64,000 nucleotides of DNA from an uncultured Chloroflexia bacterium (GTDB lineage: Bacteria; Chloroflexota; Chloroflexia; QHBQ01; JADMIH01): positions 160,001-224,000 of the forward strand of contig CAWCNY010000003.1 of NCBI GenBank assembly GCA_963797095.1. The letters run 5' to 3'. Below the pieces are notes generated by a model. That model saw nothing but the letters and a program-made list of their open reading frames with translations. It was not told the origin of the DNA and did not search any database. This document shows positions 36,327 to 46,819 of the stretch, in pieces. The first letter of the stretch is position 1. The number at the start of each line of letters is the position of its first letter. Position numbers and translations under genes: made by a program.

Positions 36327-37289
36327 ATGTTACTTGCGTATATTGACTGCTACGCCGGGCTGTCAGGTGAAACGCTCCTGGACGCACTGGTTAGTGCAGG
36401 TCTATCCAGAGAGCAGGTGGATCGCGCACTGGCTGGTTTACCAGGAAAAGTCACTCACACAGACGAACAAAGGGCACTTCTGAGGCTGGACAGCTTCAGA
36501 AAGTCGGTGGCGGCCTCCTCACTGTCACCTATTGTGAAACAGGCGGCAGGCGCTGTGCTGGCAAAGCTGATTGAAGCCACAAACGCGACCTACAGCGAGG
36601 AAGCAGACACTATTTTGCGCGCCATGGGCTGGCATGAGTGGCGCGAAAGCGAGCTACGGGCGGCTGTGGGCGCGGTACAGGCGCTAGCGCTGTTGCGGAT
36701 CGACCGGGTGGAGTGCTCGCCGTTGCGGGTGGGAGGCGGATTGGTGGCCGGGAGCCAAAAGCAAATACGAACGCCCAGTCCCGCGCTCTCGCCTGTTACC
36801 GCCACTCTGTTGTGTGGGGCAGCTGTTCCCGTATACGGGAGCGAGCATGATAGCGAGCTGGTCACTCCGGTTGGTGCGGCGTTGGTGACGACCCTGGCAT
36901 CGGCGTTCGGGCCTCTGCCTCCAATGACCATACGCGCAATAGGTGACGGCAGAGAGCAGGCAGGTAAGAACGGCTCGATCAGGACGACCAGGCACACGCG
37001 GCTATTCATTGGGGAGAGTGCGTCGGTATTTGTGGGGCCTGCTATTCCTCACAGGGAAGCGTCGCCGCGAGCCGAGATCAAGGTGGAAGCCACGCCCCCG
37101 CCACCTCAGCCCGGTGATACTCCAACCGAGGCAACCCGAGAAACTGCGGCGGACGCAGACGAAGTGGACGAATTTACCACTCAATACGCGGCGGAGCATG
37201 CCCCCGCCACCCCCTATATATCTCTAGTCGAAGAATGGGTCTCATTGAGCATCAAGGGGCACCAGCAGAGCGGGCGGCAACGGGTATAA
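36327..37289 (+). CDS. Divergent LarC-like (DUF111) protein
   Basis: N-terminal YIDCYAGLSGETLLDALVSAG, CSPLRVGGG, PVTATLL, ELVTPVGAAL...FGPLPPM.I..IG.G match the LarC N-half. C-terminal LarC2 domain absent. Confidence 0.72.
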   Translation: MLLAYIDCYAGLSGETLLDALVSAGLSREQVDRALAGLPGKVTHTDEQRALLRLDSFRKSVAASSLSPIVKQAAGAVLAKLIEATNATYSEEADTILRAMGWHEWRESELRAAVGAVQALALLRIDRVECSPLRVGGGLVAGSQKQIRTPSPALSPVTATLLCGAAVPVYGSEHDSELVTPVGAALVTTLASAFGPLPPMTIRAIGDGREQAGKNGSIRTTRHTRLFIGESASVFVGPAIPHREASPRAEIKVEATPPPPQPGDTPTEATRETAADADEVDEFTTQYAAEHAPATPYISLVEEWVSLSIKGHQQSGRQRV

Positions 37290-37534
37290 AGGAGCAATCA
37301 TAGACAAGATAATAGCGTTTGGCAGCGGCGGGTGTCCTCTATGACATCCGCTTCCTCGTATTGCTTGCCGGATTGAACAGGTCTCGGGCATCCGGGTTTG
37401 AAACGCAAAAGAGCGATTGACAGCCAGGACGAACGACCTTACGATCTGGAGACAAGCAGCCTCTCCAGGCTACTATTGAACATGCGCTGCAAGAGAAGGT
37501 TGTCCAGCGCCAGGCCATTCGAGGAGGCAACAAG

Positions 37535-40500
37535 ATGCAATTCACCAATGGATACGCTCTTGTAATAGGAGTGGACGAGTATATTAGCGCCTCTAGCAGT
37601 GAAGTTTATTTGCCCGTAGCTCGCAATGATGCGGTCGCTCTCGCCGAGGTACTTACAAATGAGAAGGCTGCTGGCTATCCAGACCGGCAGGTCACTGTAC
37701 TGACAGGAAGGAATGCTAACAGGATAACGATAGCGAAAGAATTCGAGAAGCTTCAAAGCATCGCCCCCTCAGACAGTACGGTGCTAATCTTCCTTTGCGG
37801 ATACGGGATAGTACGTGGACAAGAGTATTATTTTGTTGCTTCAGACGCAGCACCCGAGCTCAATGAGTCGTCACTACTGAGTTCAGCCATTGCAGGACAG
37901 GAGTTGGCGCAAAGGATCTCAAGCCTGCAAGCTCAGAGGGTGGTCATGATGTTTGATACAGGCTTGCTATCGTCCTGGTCCGACACATCACAAGAAAAGG
38001 TACAGCTGCCCCCACTCTTCGGTGATGAGTCCCTACCACCGCCAGATTTTGTGCTCGACAATTTGCGCGCCACGGGTGAAGGTAGGGTCATTATTTCAGC
38101 CTGTGGCCCAGGCCAACACTCATATTTCGATCAAAGTTCCGGTCGCAGCTTTTTTTCGCAGGCGTTGGTGGAAGGCCTGAGCGGCAATTCTGCTATTAAG
38201 CCCGACCAGGGCTACATTACCGTGAATAACTTGTGGCGCTTCGTAAGCAAAAGAGTAGGATCTCTTGCCCGACAATTCAGCGCTACCCTGAAGCAGGTGC
38301 CATCCATAACCGCTTCAACTCTCGACCCGTTCTTTCCTGTAGCCTTATTTCATGGTGGGGAGGGCATAGTTCCAGATGGGTCAAGTGCAAGCAAGGTAGA
38401 GCAGATTCAGATAGAGCAGTCAAGCCCTACCGATGATAGTGAAGCTAAAGACTTGCGGCCCCTAGATTCAGCGGTGAAGCAGAGCCAACCACGGCGTAAG
38501 TCAGGCAGCAGGAGAAGAGGCGCGGCAAGTAAGGATAGCGACACACCGAGTACGGCTGTTAGCGCCGATACAGATGCCACCACCGATGAAACCTCTCCGG
38601 CACCAACAACCCGCCCCGCTTCCTGGTTGCCGATCATCAATGCCGATACTGCCAATGCGGGTCTCACTCAAGGACAGCCACTCACCGACTTGCTTGACAT
38701 TACCCCCGATGTGAGGGCTTTCGCGACCCTTATCGCCTCCAAGAGACTGGCGCCTCCACTATCGATCGGGTTATTTGGGGAATGGGGGTCGGGCAAGACC
38801 TTCTTTATGCAGCTTTTGAAGGAAGAAATAGAGAAGCGGGCCAGGGCCGCCAGGGATTCGGGGAAGCCGCAGAGCCAGGTCATGTTCTACAAGAACATCA
38901 GGCAGATCGAATTCAATGCCTGGCAATACATGGAGGGCGACCTGTGGGCCAGCCTGGTATCTCACATCTTCGATGGACTGGTGAACAATGACCGAGCCAG
39001 CAATGAAGAACAAATAGAGGAATGGAAGAAGGAACGCTTGACACGGCTGGATCGCCTGGGCGTGCAGAAAGCAGCCGAAGAAGCCGCCAGGGTAAAGCAG
39101 GAGCAAGCACAGGTAGCTCTATCGGCAGCGCAAGCCGAACAAGACCAGGCCCAGCGAGAGCTAAGAAACGCCGAGACGAAGGCATTGGAGATCACCCCAA
39201 GAAACATTCTTGAAAAAGCCTTCGGTCAAGCAAATGTGCAGGACGGATTGACGGCGTTGCGCGCCAAGCTCGGACTCGACCCGGACCTGGGAGATGATAT
39301 CGAGAAAACCTTCTCCGAAACGGAGGCAGCATACAACCGGAGCCAAACGCTGGCAGGCTCGCTGCTCGGCGGCGGGAATCGCATCTGGTGGCTGCTCCTT
39401 ATCCCTGCCATATCGGTGTTAGCAGGAGTCATAGCCGGGCTGCTCACCTGGGCGGCAGGCAGCGAATGGTTTGCGCAGACCGCCGCCGTGATCACCTCGA
39501 TTGGCGGGCTGATCGCCGGGGCCATCGCCTGGCTTCGCAAGCAGATCGGCTGGGCATCGGGGTGGCTCGCGGACGTGGAGAAGCTAAGGGACGACCTGGA
39601 AGCGAACATCAAAGCGCAGACCGAACCGGAACGCACTGAACTGGCAGAGCGTGAGGCAGATGTGGAGGCAGCCCGCAAGAGGTTGGCCGAAGCCCAGGAG
39701 GCGAGGGCCAAAGCCCAGCAACAGGTAGCGCAGGCCGAGGAGGACCTGAGAAACGCGTCACCGGAGAAGCTGCTGACAAGTTTCCTGGAGGAACGGGTAG
39801 AGAGCAGCGACTACCGCAAGCGCCTGGGCATACTGGCGTTGATCCGCCAGGACTTCCAGACCCTTTCGAACCTGATGTCGGAGGGGAACAAAGACCTTGA
39901 AGACGTAACGGATTTGAAGAAGGAACAGGAAAACGACACAGGACGAATCAATCGTATTGTGCTCTACATCGACGACCTCGACCGCTGCCCGCCTGAAAAC
40001 GTGGTGAAGGTGCTGCAGGCGGTAAACCTGTTACTCGGTCTGCCCCTCTTTGTGGTGGTGGTAGCGGTCGATGCGCGGTGGGTGCGAGGCTCGCTATTAT
40101 CCAGGTACAAGGGGTTGCTACAAGACGAGCTCATAACACCCAATATGAACAGCGGTGCCAACGATGAGCAAGCCAGCATCCAGGACCTACAGGCATCGCC
40201 CCTGGACTACCTGGAGAAGATATTCCAGATCCCGTTCTGGCTCAGCCCGATCAGCGAGGATGGGCGAAAGACAATGCTCAAAGATCTTCTTGCTCCTACA
40301 CCTGCTGCGATCCGGCCAGAGACGCCCCCTACCAACGGCAACAGCGACAAACCGTTGCCTGAGAACAAGGCTGACGAGAGCACACCAGGTGCAAATGGAC
40401 CCACGGCAGTCGTCAATATAGCCAGGGATGGGAATGGGCCAGAGGCAACGAACGGGGCTGGTCAACCCATCCCGGAGCCTGCGCAAGCTCCACGCCCACC

Positions 40501-41026
40501 AGAGCAGGCGGATTCCAAAGAAGAGGAAGTGGATATGAATCCGGCGGCAATGACTATCCAAAAGACAGAGTTGGACTTCGTTGAAGAGTTGGCTCCCCTC
40601 CTCGGGCGCTCGCCAAGAGCTTTGAAACGCTTCGTCAATACGTATATGCTCGTCAAGGCCAAGCTCGGTGACGTTGGCATCCTGCTGGGCGAAGCCAATG
40701 ATACGCAGTATAAGATAATACTTGTACTGGTGGCCCTCGTCACTCACAGCCCTGAGGTCACGCCTCTGGTTTTTCAAGCGGTTGATTACAACGCGGGATT
40801 GCAGAGCGCCCCCGCTTCGGCGACATGGAAGAGCATACAGTCCTACGTGGTGGCGCAAAGTAAAGAGAATAAGCGCTCGCCCGATTGGGAAGCCGAATGG
40901 AAAAGGGTGTCAGACTGGCTCGATAAACACGAGACAGAGCTACAAACGGATTGGAAGAACCTCAACATTTGGGTCCAGCGCATCGCACGCTACGCATACG
41001 TGGCCGATCCAAGCTGGCTCAGTTGA
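37535..41026 (+). CDS. Inactive caspase-like (peptidase C14) domain fused to membrane-spanning KAP-family P-loop NTPase
   Basis: YALVIGVDEY, NDAVAL, FLCGYG, FDTG, FFSQALVEGL; Walker A GEWGSGKT, EFNAWQY, two TM helices between coiled coils, Walker B YIDDLDRC, DYLEKIFQIPFWL, SPRALKRFVN. Confidence 0.9.
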   Translation: MQFTNGYALVIGVDEYISASSSEVYLPVARNDAVALAEVLTNEKAAGYPDRQVTVLTGRNANRITIAKEFEKLQSIAPSDSTVLIFLCGYGIVRGQEYYFVASDAAPELNESSLLSSAIAGQELAQRISSLQAQRVVMMFDTGLLSSWSDTSQEKVQLPPLFGDESLPPPDFVLDNLRATGEGRVIISACGPGQHSYFDQSSGRSFFSQALVEGLSGNSAIKPDQGYITVNNLWRFVSKRVGSLARQFSATLKQVPSITASTLDPFFPVALFHGGEGIVPDGSSASKVEQIQIEQSSPTDDSEAKDLRPLDSAVKQSQPRRKSGSRRRGAASKDSDTPSTAVSADTDATTDETSPAPTTRPASWLPIINADTANAGLTQGQPLTDLLDITPDVRAFATLIASKRLAPPLSIGLFGEWGSGKTFFMQLLKEEIEKRARAARDSGKPQSQVMFYKNIRQIEFNAWQYMEGDLWASLVSHIFDGLVNNDRASNEEQIEEWKKERLTRLDRLGVQKAAEEAARVKQEQAQVALSAAQAEQDQAQRELRNAETKALEITPRNILEKAFGQANVQDGLTALRAKLGLDPDLGDDIEKTFSETEAAYNRSQTLAGSLLGGGNRIWWLLLIPAISVLAGVIAGLLTWAAGSEWFAQTAAVITSIGGLIAGAIAWLRKQIGWASGWLADVEKLRDDLEANIKAQTEPERTELAEREADVEAARKRLAEAQEARAKAQQQVAQAEEDLRNASPEKLLTSFLEERVESSDYRKRLGILALIRQDFQTLSNLMSEGNKDLEDVTDLKKEQENDTGRINRIVLYIDDLDRCPPENVVKVLQAVNLLLGLPLFVVVVAVDARWVRGSLLSRYKGLLQDELITPNMNSGANDEQASIQDLQASPLDYLEKIFQIPFWLSPISEDGRKTMLKDLLAPTPAAIRPETPPTNGNSDKPLPENKADESTPGANGPTAVVNIARDGNGPEATNGAGQPIPEPAQAPRPPEQADSKEEEVDMNPAAMTIQKTELDFVEELAPLLGRSPRALKRFVNTYMLVKAKLGDVGILLGEANDTQYKIILVLVALVTHSPEVTPLVFQAVDYNAGLQSAPASATWKSIQSYVVAQSKENKRSPDWEAEWKRVSDWLDKHETELQTDWKNLNIWVQRIARYAYVADPSWLS

Positions 41027-41113
41027 TGGTAGTCGAAAGTTCCTGGTTCCTGCCTCTTACTATCGTCTACGATCCATCGTCGTCCGACTACCGACTACCG
41101 ACTACCGACTACC
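41027..41113. repeat. Composite heptamer/REP element, copy C (inverted)
   Basis: GGTAGTCGAAAGTTCCTGGTTCCTGC...(CCGACTA)x4; reverse complement of copies A/B. Confidence 0.85.
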
Positions 41114-41117
41114 ACCG

Positions 41118-42155
41118 TTACGACAAAATACCCCTGCGCCGCAAGTAATGCAGCACAAGGTCCTCGAAAGGCTGGTCGGTGGTGACCTGGATGTAATTGA
41201 TGCCCCGTCGCCTGCAGAAGTCCTCTATGCCCGATTGCCATGCCTCGAACTTCTCGCGGTAGAGGTCGAGCACGCCACCGTCGATCGACACCTCCTGGGT
41301 AGCGCCCGTTTCGATGTCTTTGAGACGCAGGTCGCCGATCAAAGCAAGCTCCGGGTGCACCTCGGCAGGGGCGAGGATGTGGATCACATTCACCTCATGC
41401 CCGGCGGATTGCAAAGCCTTTAACCCTTCTATGCCGCCACCCTCCACCAGCAGGTCGCTTAACACAAATAAGAGGCCGGGATATTTGGCCTGGCTGGCAT
41501 ACTGGCGTAGCACCCGGTCAAGGTCGGTCGCGCCTTCGGTACGCACTCCTGCGATCCAGCGCAGGAGCGACACGGCGTGGCCCTTCCCTCGCACCGACGA
41601 GAAACGCTGGAGACCGTTGGCATTGAAAGCGGTCACACTGAGCCTGTCGAGGTTGGCGAGGGCCACGTAGCCGAGGGCGGCTGCGGTGCGGCGTGCATAC
41701 ACCAGTTTGTTTTGAGCGCGGAGATCGCCTGCGGGAGCCGAGGGCACGACCACGCCCCCGATAGACTTCACTTCGGTGTCTACGGGCGCGACCGGGGCCG
41801 AGATCGTGATGGTGCTGGGGTCGCCCCAATCCATGGATTTACTGGCATCCAGGAGCAGGTGAACGGTGATATCTTCTTCTTCCTGGAAGAGCTTGATGAA
41901 CAAGCGCTCCATGCGAGCGTAGGCATTCCAGTCCACGCGGCGCAGGTCGTCACCGTGGGTGTAGTTGCGGTAGTCAGCGAACTCCACCGACTGGCCGCGC
42001 TTGGGGCTGCGGCGCTCGCCCTTCATCCTACCCGCCTTCAATTTGCGGCTGATGAGCGAGAGCCGCTCAAGCTTGCGCATGAAATCGGCGTCGAAAAGCG
42101 CTTCATAGAAAGCTTGTGCTGCCTGAGATGGGCCGGGGGTTGTTGGGGTGGTCAT
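41118..42155 (-). CDS. DUF58 (vWA-like) protein
   Basis: GERRSPKRGQSVEFADYRNY..GDDLRRVDWN, LLLDASKSM, VLSDL. Confidence 0.92.
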   Translation of the reverse strand: MTTPTTPGPSQAAQAFYEALFDADFMRKLERLSLISRKLKAGRMKGERRSPKRGQSVEFADYRNYTHGDDLRRVDWNAYARMERLFIKLFQEEEDITVHLLLDASKSMDWGDPSTITISAPVAPVDTEVKSIGGVVVPSAPAGDLRAQNKLVYARRTAAALGYVALANLDRLSVTAFNANGLQRFSSVRGKGHAVSLLRWIAGVRTEGATDLDRVLRQYASQAKYPGLLFVLSDLLVEGGGIEGLKALQSAGHEVNVIHILAPAEVHPELALIGDLRLKDIETGATQEVSIDGGVLDLYREKFEAWQSGIEDFCRRRGINYIQVTTDQPFEDLVLHYLRRRGILS

Positions 42156-42218
42156 GGGTTCTTATTGCGTACTGCGTACTTCGTATTGCTTGTTCCGTCG
42201 CTCGTCACTTGCCGCTCG

Positions 42219-43061
42219 TCACTCGCCATCCTTCGTCCCGCACCCCATGAAGATCACGTACATAGTTATCACGTCTGGCTCACGGGCGCGGTCGTCGGCG
42301 GCGATTAACAGGTCTAGCTCTTCCTGTGTGATCTTGCCTTCTGCGAACAGGTACCGAAGGGTTTCGCGGCCTGAGGCGGGCGACATTACCTCTATGCCGT
42401 ACTCGTCGCTGTGGACGCCGATCAGATCTAGCCTGGGGTTCGTAAAACCGGCTTCGCGCAATATGCGGAGGAGTTGCCTGCCGATGTTGCGGTTGCCTCC
42501 CTTTTGCTTGTGCTCCTCGATAAAGCGCTCGGTGATCGCCTTCACTTCGGGAGGGTCTTCCGGGTCGAACAGGTGCATCTTGTCGTCTATGTCGAGAAGG
42601 ACCAGTTTGCCGCCGGGCTTGAGAAGACGCCCAATCGCGCGGGCGGCAGCCACGGGGTCGGGGAGGTGTTGGAATACCAGGCGAGCATAGGCGAAATCAA
42701 AGCTTGCTTCGGGCAGGTCGCTCGACATTGCGGAGCCTTAAATCAGGTGTAGACGGTCGCCGCCCCGGTTGCCCAGGTACGCCCGCGCGCGCTCGATCAT
42801 AAGCGGGTCGATATCGATGGCGGTGATAGCGCTATTGGGGAGCATATCGAGTAGCCGGCCTGTGACGAAGCCTGGACCGCTCCCCACTTCAAGCACTGAC
42901 ATGCCGTCCCGCAGGCCGAACCATTCTAGATTACGGGCCTCGCGCTCCCAGAACAGTAGAGCCTGGTCGCGCAGGCGCTGGATTTCGAGGTCCACCCCAC
43001 CGGGCATGTCGCTCACCTTATACGCGCTCTTATCGTCTCTGGTTTCATTGGTGGTTTGCAT
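42219..43061 (-). pseudogene. Class I SAM-dependent methyltransferase interrupted by an in-frame TAA (42738-42740)
   Basis: ORFs 42738-43061 (LEVGSGPG, IDID) and 42219-42728 (FDFAYARLVFQHL, LKPGG) are in the same frame, separated by TAA GGC TCC GCA. Confidence 0.85.
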
Positions 43062-43138
43062 AGCAGTATCTCCTTCTCTTCCGGCATCTTGACAGGAGTT
43101 TAACTATACCATACAATCAGGCAACCTACATCGCAGGA

Positions 43139-43867
43139 GTGCTAGCCGTGCCTTCGGATCGAACCGGGAAAAACGGTCGTGCTAACCTTACTATAAAGGA
43201 ATTACCACCGGATGGTCGACCTCGTGAGAAGTTAAAGGCTCTGGGCGCGAGCGCGCTATCGGAAGCCGAGTTGCTGGCGATCATCCTGCGCGTAGGCACG
43301 CACGGTGAAAGCGTTGTTGACCTCTCCACCCGGTTGCTCCTGAGCTACGGTGGCTTGGTGGGCCTGTCGCGTATATCGTTCGCCGAGTTGTGCGAGGTGC
43401 ACGGGCTGGGCGAAGCCAAAGCCTGCCAGTTGAAAGCCGCCCTAGAGATGGGTAGAAGGCTGCTGCTGGCGCAACCGGAGGAGCGCATCCAGGTGCGCTC
43501 GCCCGCCGACCTTGCCCCACTGCTTATTCTTGAGATGGCTCCGCTGGACCATGAAACGTTGCGCGTTGTCCTCTTAAACACAAAGAACCAGGTGATAAAG
43601 TTCACCGACGTGTACCACGGCTCGCTCAACTCGTCGCTGGTGAGGGTGGCCGAGGTCTTCAAGGAGGCCGTGAGGACCAACGCGGCGGCGATCATTGTCG
43701 CCCATAACCACCCCAGCGGCGACCCCACGCCCTCGCCCGAAGACGCCCGTGTAACTGAGCAGATCGTAGCGGCGGGCAAGCTCCTGGAGATAGAGGTGCT
43801 CGACCACCTCGTAATAGGCGAGCGCACCTGGGTCAGCCTGCGCGAGAAGCGATTAGGATTCAAGTAA
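43139..43867 (+). CDS. radC: RadC/JAB-domain protein (chromosomal type with N-terminal HhH)
   Basis: [39 protein letters not shown]. Confidence 0.95.
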   Translation: MLAVPSDRTGKNGRANLTIKELPPDGRPREKLKALGASALSEAELLAIILRVGTHGESVVDLSTRLLLSYGGLVGLSRISFAELCEVHGLGEAKACQLKAALEMGRRLLLAQPEERIQVRSPADLAPLLILEMAPLDHETLRVVLLNTKNQVIKFTDVYHGSLNSSLVRVAEVFKEAVRTNAAAIIVAHNHPSGDPTPSPEDARVTEQIVAAGKLLEIEVLDHLVIGERTWVSLREKRLGFK

Positions 43868-43887
43868 ACTAACCACCATCTCGACCG

Positions 43888-43922
43888 AAAAGGGCCGCGC
43901 CTCTCCTATGCGCGGCCCTTTT
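43888..43922 (+). terminator. Rho-independent terminator (bidirectional form)
   Basis: AAAAGGGCCGCGC-loop-GCGCGGCCCTTTT. Confidence 0.88.
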
Positions 43923-44120
43923 ACGTGTAAGCGTGCGTATCGAAGTCTAATCATTTCTTAATCTTTTTTTTCACTCAGCTTAAAGTTGCAAGGGTAAACT
44001 AAGAATAGAACACCTGATCCAAAGCCGGATGGGTGGGTCTGATCGTTGCTCCAATAGAAACATGCTCCATGGAGAGAAACGCAAATCAGGTCTCTTTTGG
44101 TCCTCGAAGGAATAGTTTGA

Positions 44121-46362
44121 ATGATCTTAACTAAGGAAAATGCAAGAACGGCGGTGCAGCTAGGACGCCTGGAGTTCGCGACGATACTTTCATGGTTCAG
44201 CCTGGGGGTGCCCCTCGCCGTGTCGGCCATACTGAACCTTTGGAACCTGGCTCAGAACGGTTACAGCAACCTCTATTACTCTGTGGCCGTGCAGAGCATG
44301 ACCCGGGGCTTCCACAACTTCTTCTTCGCCTCGTACGACGCGGGCGGCTTCATTACCGTGGACAAGCCGCCTGTCGCCCTCTGGATACAGGCCATCAGCG
44401 CCAAACTCTTCGGCTTTAGCCCCCTCAGCATTCTCCTGCCTGAGGCTCTGGCCGGTATCGCGTCGGTGGCCCTGCTCTATTTCCTGGTGCGTAGGTTGTT
44501 CGGAACGCTGGCTGCGTTCGTGGCGGCCCTGGCCCTGGCCCTCACGCCTATTGCGGTGGCCGTAGAGAGAACCAACAACACCGATACCTTCCTGATGTTC
44601 ACCCTGCTGCTGGCGGCCTGGGCTATCACGGTAGCCACCGAGAAGGGCAAACTGGCTCTGCTGGCCCTCGGCCTCGGGCTGGTGGGAGTGGCGTTCAACA
44701 TAAAGATGCTGGCCGCGTTCATCGTTTTGCCCGCATTCTACCTGCTCTACTTCATTGCCGCCCCTATCAAGTGGCATATGCGCGTGTTGCACCTTGCGCT
44801 GGCAAGCGTGGTGGTGTTCGGGGTTGCCCTCTCCTGGCCTCTTGCCGTCGACTTGACGCCTGCCGGCCAGAGGCCCTGGGTGGGCGGCAGCCAGGTCAAC
44901 AGCGAGATCGACCTGGCCCTCGGCTATAACGGCCTGGGCCGCGTGGATGGAAACGAAGGCATGGGCAGAGGCAATTTCGGCGGCAACCCGATCCAGGGCG
45001 TTTTACCTGGCATAATCCCCGGCTCCGGTGGCAACAACGGCAACAACGGTGGGACCAATCAGCCCTTCGGAAACAGATGGCAATAACGGCAATAACGGCA
45101 ATAACGGCAATAACGGCAATAACGGCGGCAACAATCTACCGTTCGGCAATGGACGGCGCGGCCTTGGCGGCGGGCAACAGCCACAGGGCGGCCGGCAGCC
45201 GCAGGGTGGGTTCCCGCTTCCTTTCGGCGGCAATACTATCCCCTTCGGCAATGGTAACGGCAACGGTAGCGGCGTAAGAGGTGGGTTTGCCGCCGGTGGC
45301 GGCCCCAGTGCCAGCGGCGGTCTGTTCGGCGCGGGCCAGCCGGGAGCTACCAGGCTCTTCACGGGCGATATGGCGGCTCAATGGAGCTGGTTGATCCCTC
45401 TGGCCCTGATTGGGGTGGTGGCGGCGGCCCTGGGTCTCAGGCGGAGGTGGCCTCTTGAGAAGAAGGCTCAGGCGCTGTTGCTGTGGGGAGGCTGGCTGGC
45501 GATGTATGGCGCGGTGTTCAGCATCGCTTCGGGCATCTTCCACCCCTACTACCTGATAATGCTGGCTCCTGCCGCAGCGGCCCTGGTGGGGATCGGGGTG
45601 TCGGCGCTATGGACGGCCTACAGGCGGCAGGAAGGCTTTCAAGCATGGCTGCTGCCCGTTGCCCTGCTGGCAACAGCCTTGTGGCAGAGTTGGATACTGG
45701 TCAACTACGCGCAGTGGAACCCATGGCTCACACCTGTGCTGCTGGGCGGCAGCCTGGTGGCGGCGGGTGGACTGGTGGCGGCTCGGCTGCTGGCCCGCGT
45801 GATAGGTCACAGGACATGGCGGCGTTGGGCGCTTGCACCCCTGGCCGCCGGAGGAGTGGCCCTCCTGCTCGCGCCCATTGCATGGTCGGTGACGCCCGTG
45901 TTGGCGGGACCAAGCAACGCCAGCCTGCCGATGGCCGGACCTGAGGCACTCAATCAGAACGATCCCACTAGCTGGACCAGGCTGAATATCTCGGAGGGCG
46001 GCGGCCTGATCACCTACCTCCAGGAGAACCAGGACGGTTACTTCTACCTGTTGGTCGTTGGCAACTCGCAGCAAGCATCGTCTATCGCGCTCGAAACCGG
46101 GCAGCCGGTGCTGGCGGCGGGCGGCTTCATGGGGAGCGACCCGGCGTTGACCGTTGAAAAGCTCCAGGAGATGATCGCCAACAAGCAAGTGCGCTACGTG
46201 ATGGGCCTCAACGGTCAGGCGGGCAATTGGATACAGTCCACTTGCTCTGCCATAGACTCCAGCGAATACCAGGGCGTGAGCGGCTTCAGCGGCTCGTTCA
46301 GCCTCAACGGCTCGCGTCTGTACGACTGCGCGCCGCAGGCCTCGAATGGGGTAACTTACTGA
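44121..46362 (+). CDS. GT-C glycosyltransferase family 39 (YkcB/YycA-like), +1 frameshift near 45072
   Basis: NLYYSVAVQSM, GFITVDKPP, RTNNTD, FNIKML, RPWVGGS, GYNGLGR continue in the next frame with GN-rich linker, FHPYY, GGFMGSDP. Confidence 0.85.
45079..45128. repeat. 9-bp tandem repeat (GGCAATAAC)x5 encoding a GNN linker
   Basis: Read directly from the sequence. Confidence 0.9.
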
Positions 46363-46471
46363 CGAGTGGCGAGTTGGGGCAGTCTTGTGCCAATGTTGTC
46401 GCATAGAACCCACGAAAGTGGCCCAGGTGCGAGCGCTGCCCGTGGGTATCCTGCGCCTCGCCATCCCAAAT

Positions 46472-46762
46472 AGTCCCGGAGGGACGTAAGAGCATAGCCC
46501 AGGGTGCAAGTCGGTCGAGCATAAGCCACCCAAGCCAAGTCCCATAGGGACGTAAGAGAGTAGCCCAGGGCGTAAGCCCTGTGGCAAGCCCAGGAAAATG
46601 CCATAGCCCCGTAGGGGCGCAAGAACAAGCACTTCGGTCCTGTATGATGCAATGCTGCCATGCTCTTACGCCCCTACGGGACTACTTATCTGTGTGGCGT
46701 ACGATCCCCAGGGCTTACGCCCTGGGCTATATTCTGCCGTCCCTCCGGGACTTGGCTTGGGT
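46472..46762. repeat. Large composite palindromic REP/MITE-like element
   Basis: Left arm CCCAAGCCAAGTCCC..AGGGACG..TAGCCCAGGGCGTAAGCCCTG..CCCGTAGGGGCG is mirrored by CGCCCCTACGGG..CAGGGCTTACGCCCTGGGCTA..CGTCCCTCCGGGACTTGGCTTGGG. Partial extra left copy at 46472-46505. Confidence 0.85.
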
Positions 46763-46819
46763 AGCACCCCACGCTCTCTACAGCTTGGAGCCTGTGCCTG
46801 CCTCTCTTGCCTTATTGCG

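Noticed and set aside
42738-42740. Recoded stop (selenocysteine/pyrrolysine) in the methyltransferase
   Set aside because: The codon is TAA, which is not used for either. It is not at a catalytic position.
43985-44095. GGGTAAAC...CAAAGCC spacing resembling a c-di-GMP-I riboswitch upstream of the GT39 gene
   Set aside because: The intervening bases cannot form the P2 stem with a GNRA loop. Only a CCTGAT/ATCAGG pairing is evident.
45060-45130. Programmed frameshift or phase variation via the GGCAATAAC repeat
   Set aside because: 9-bp units preserve frame. The shift is upstream in a 3-A run with no slippery heptamer.
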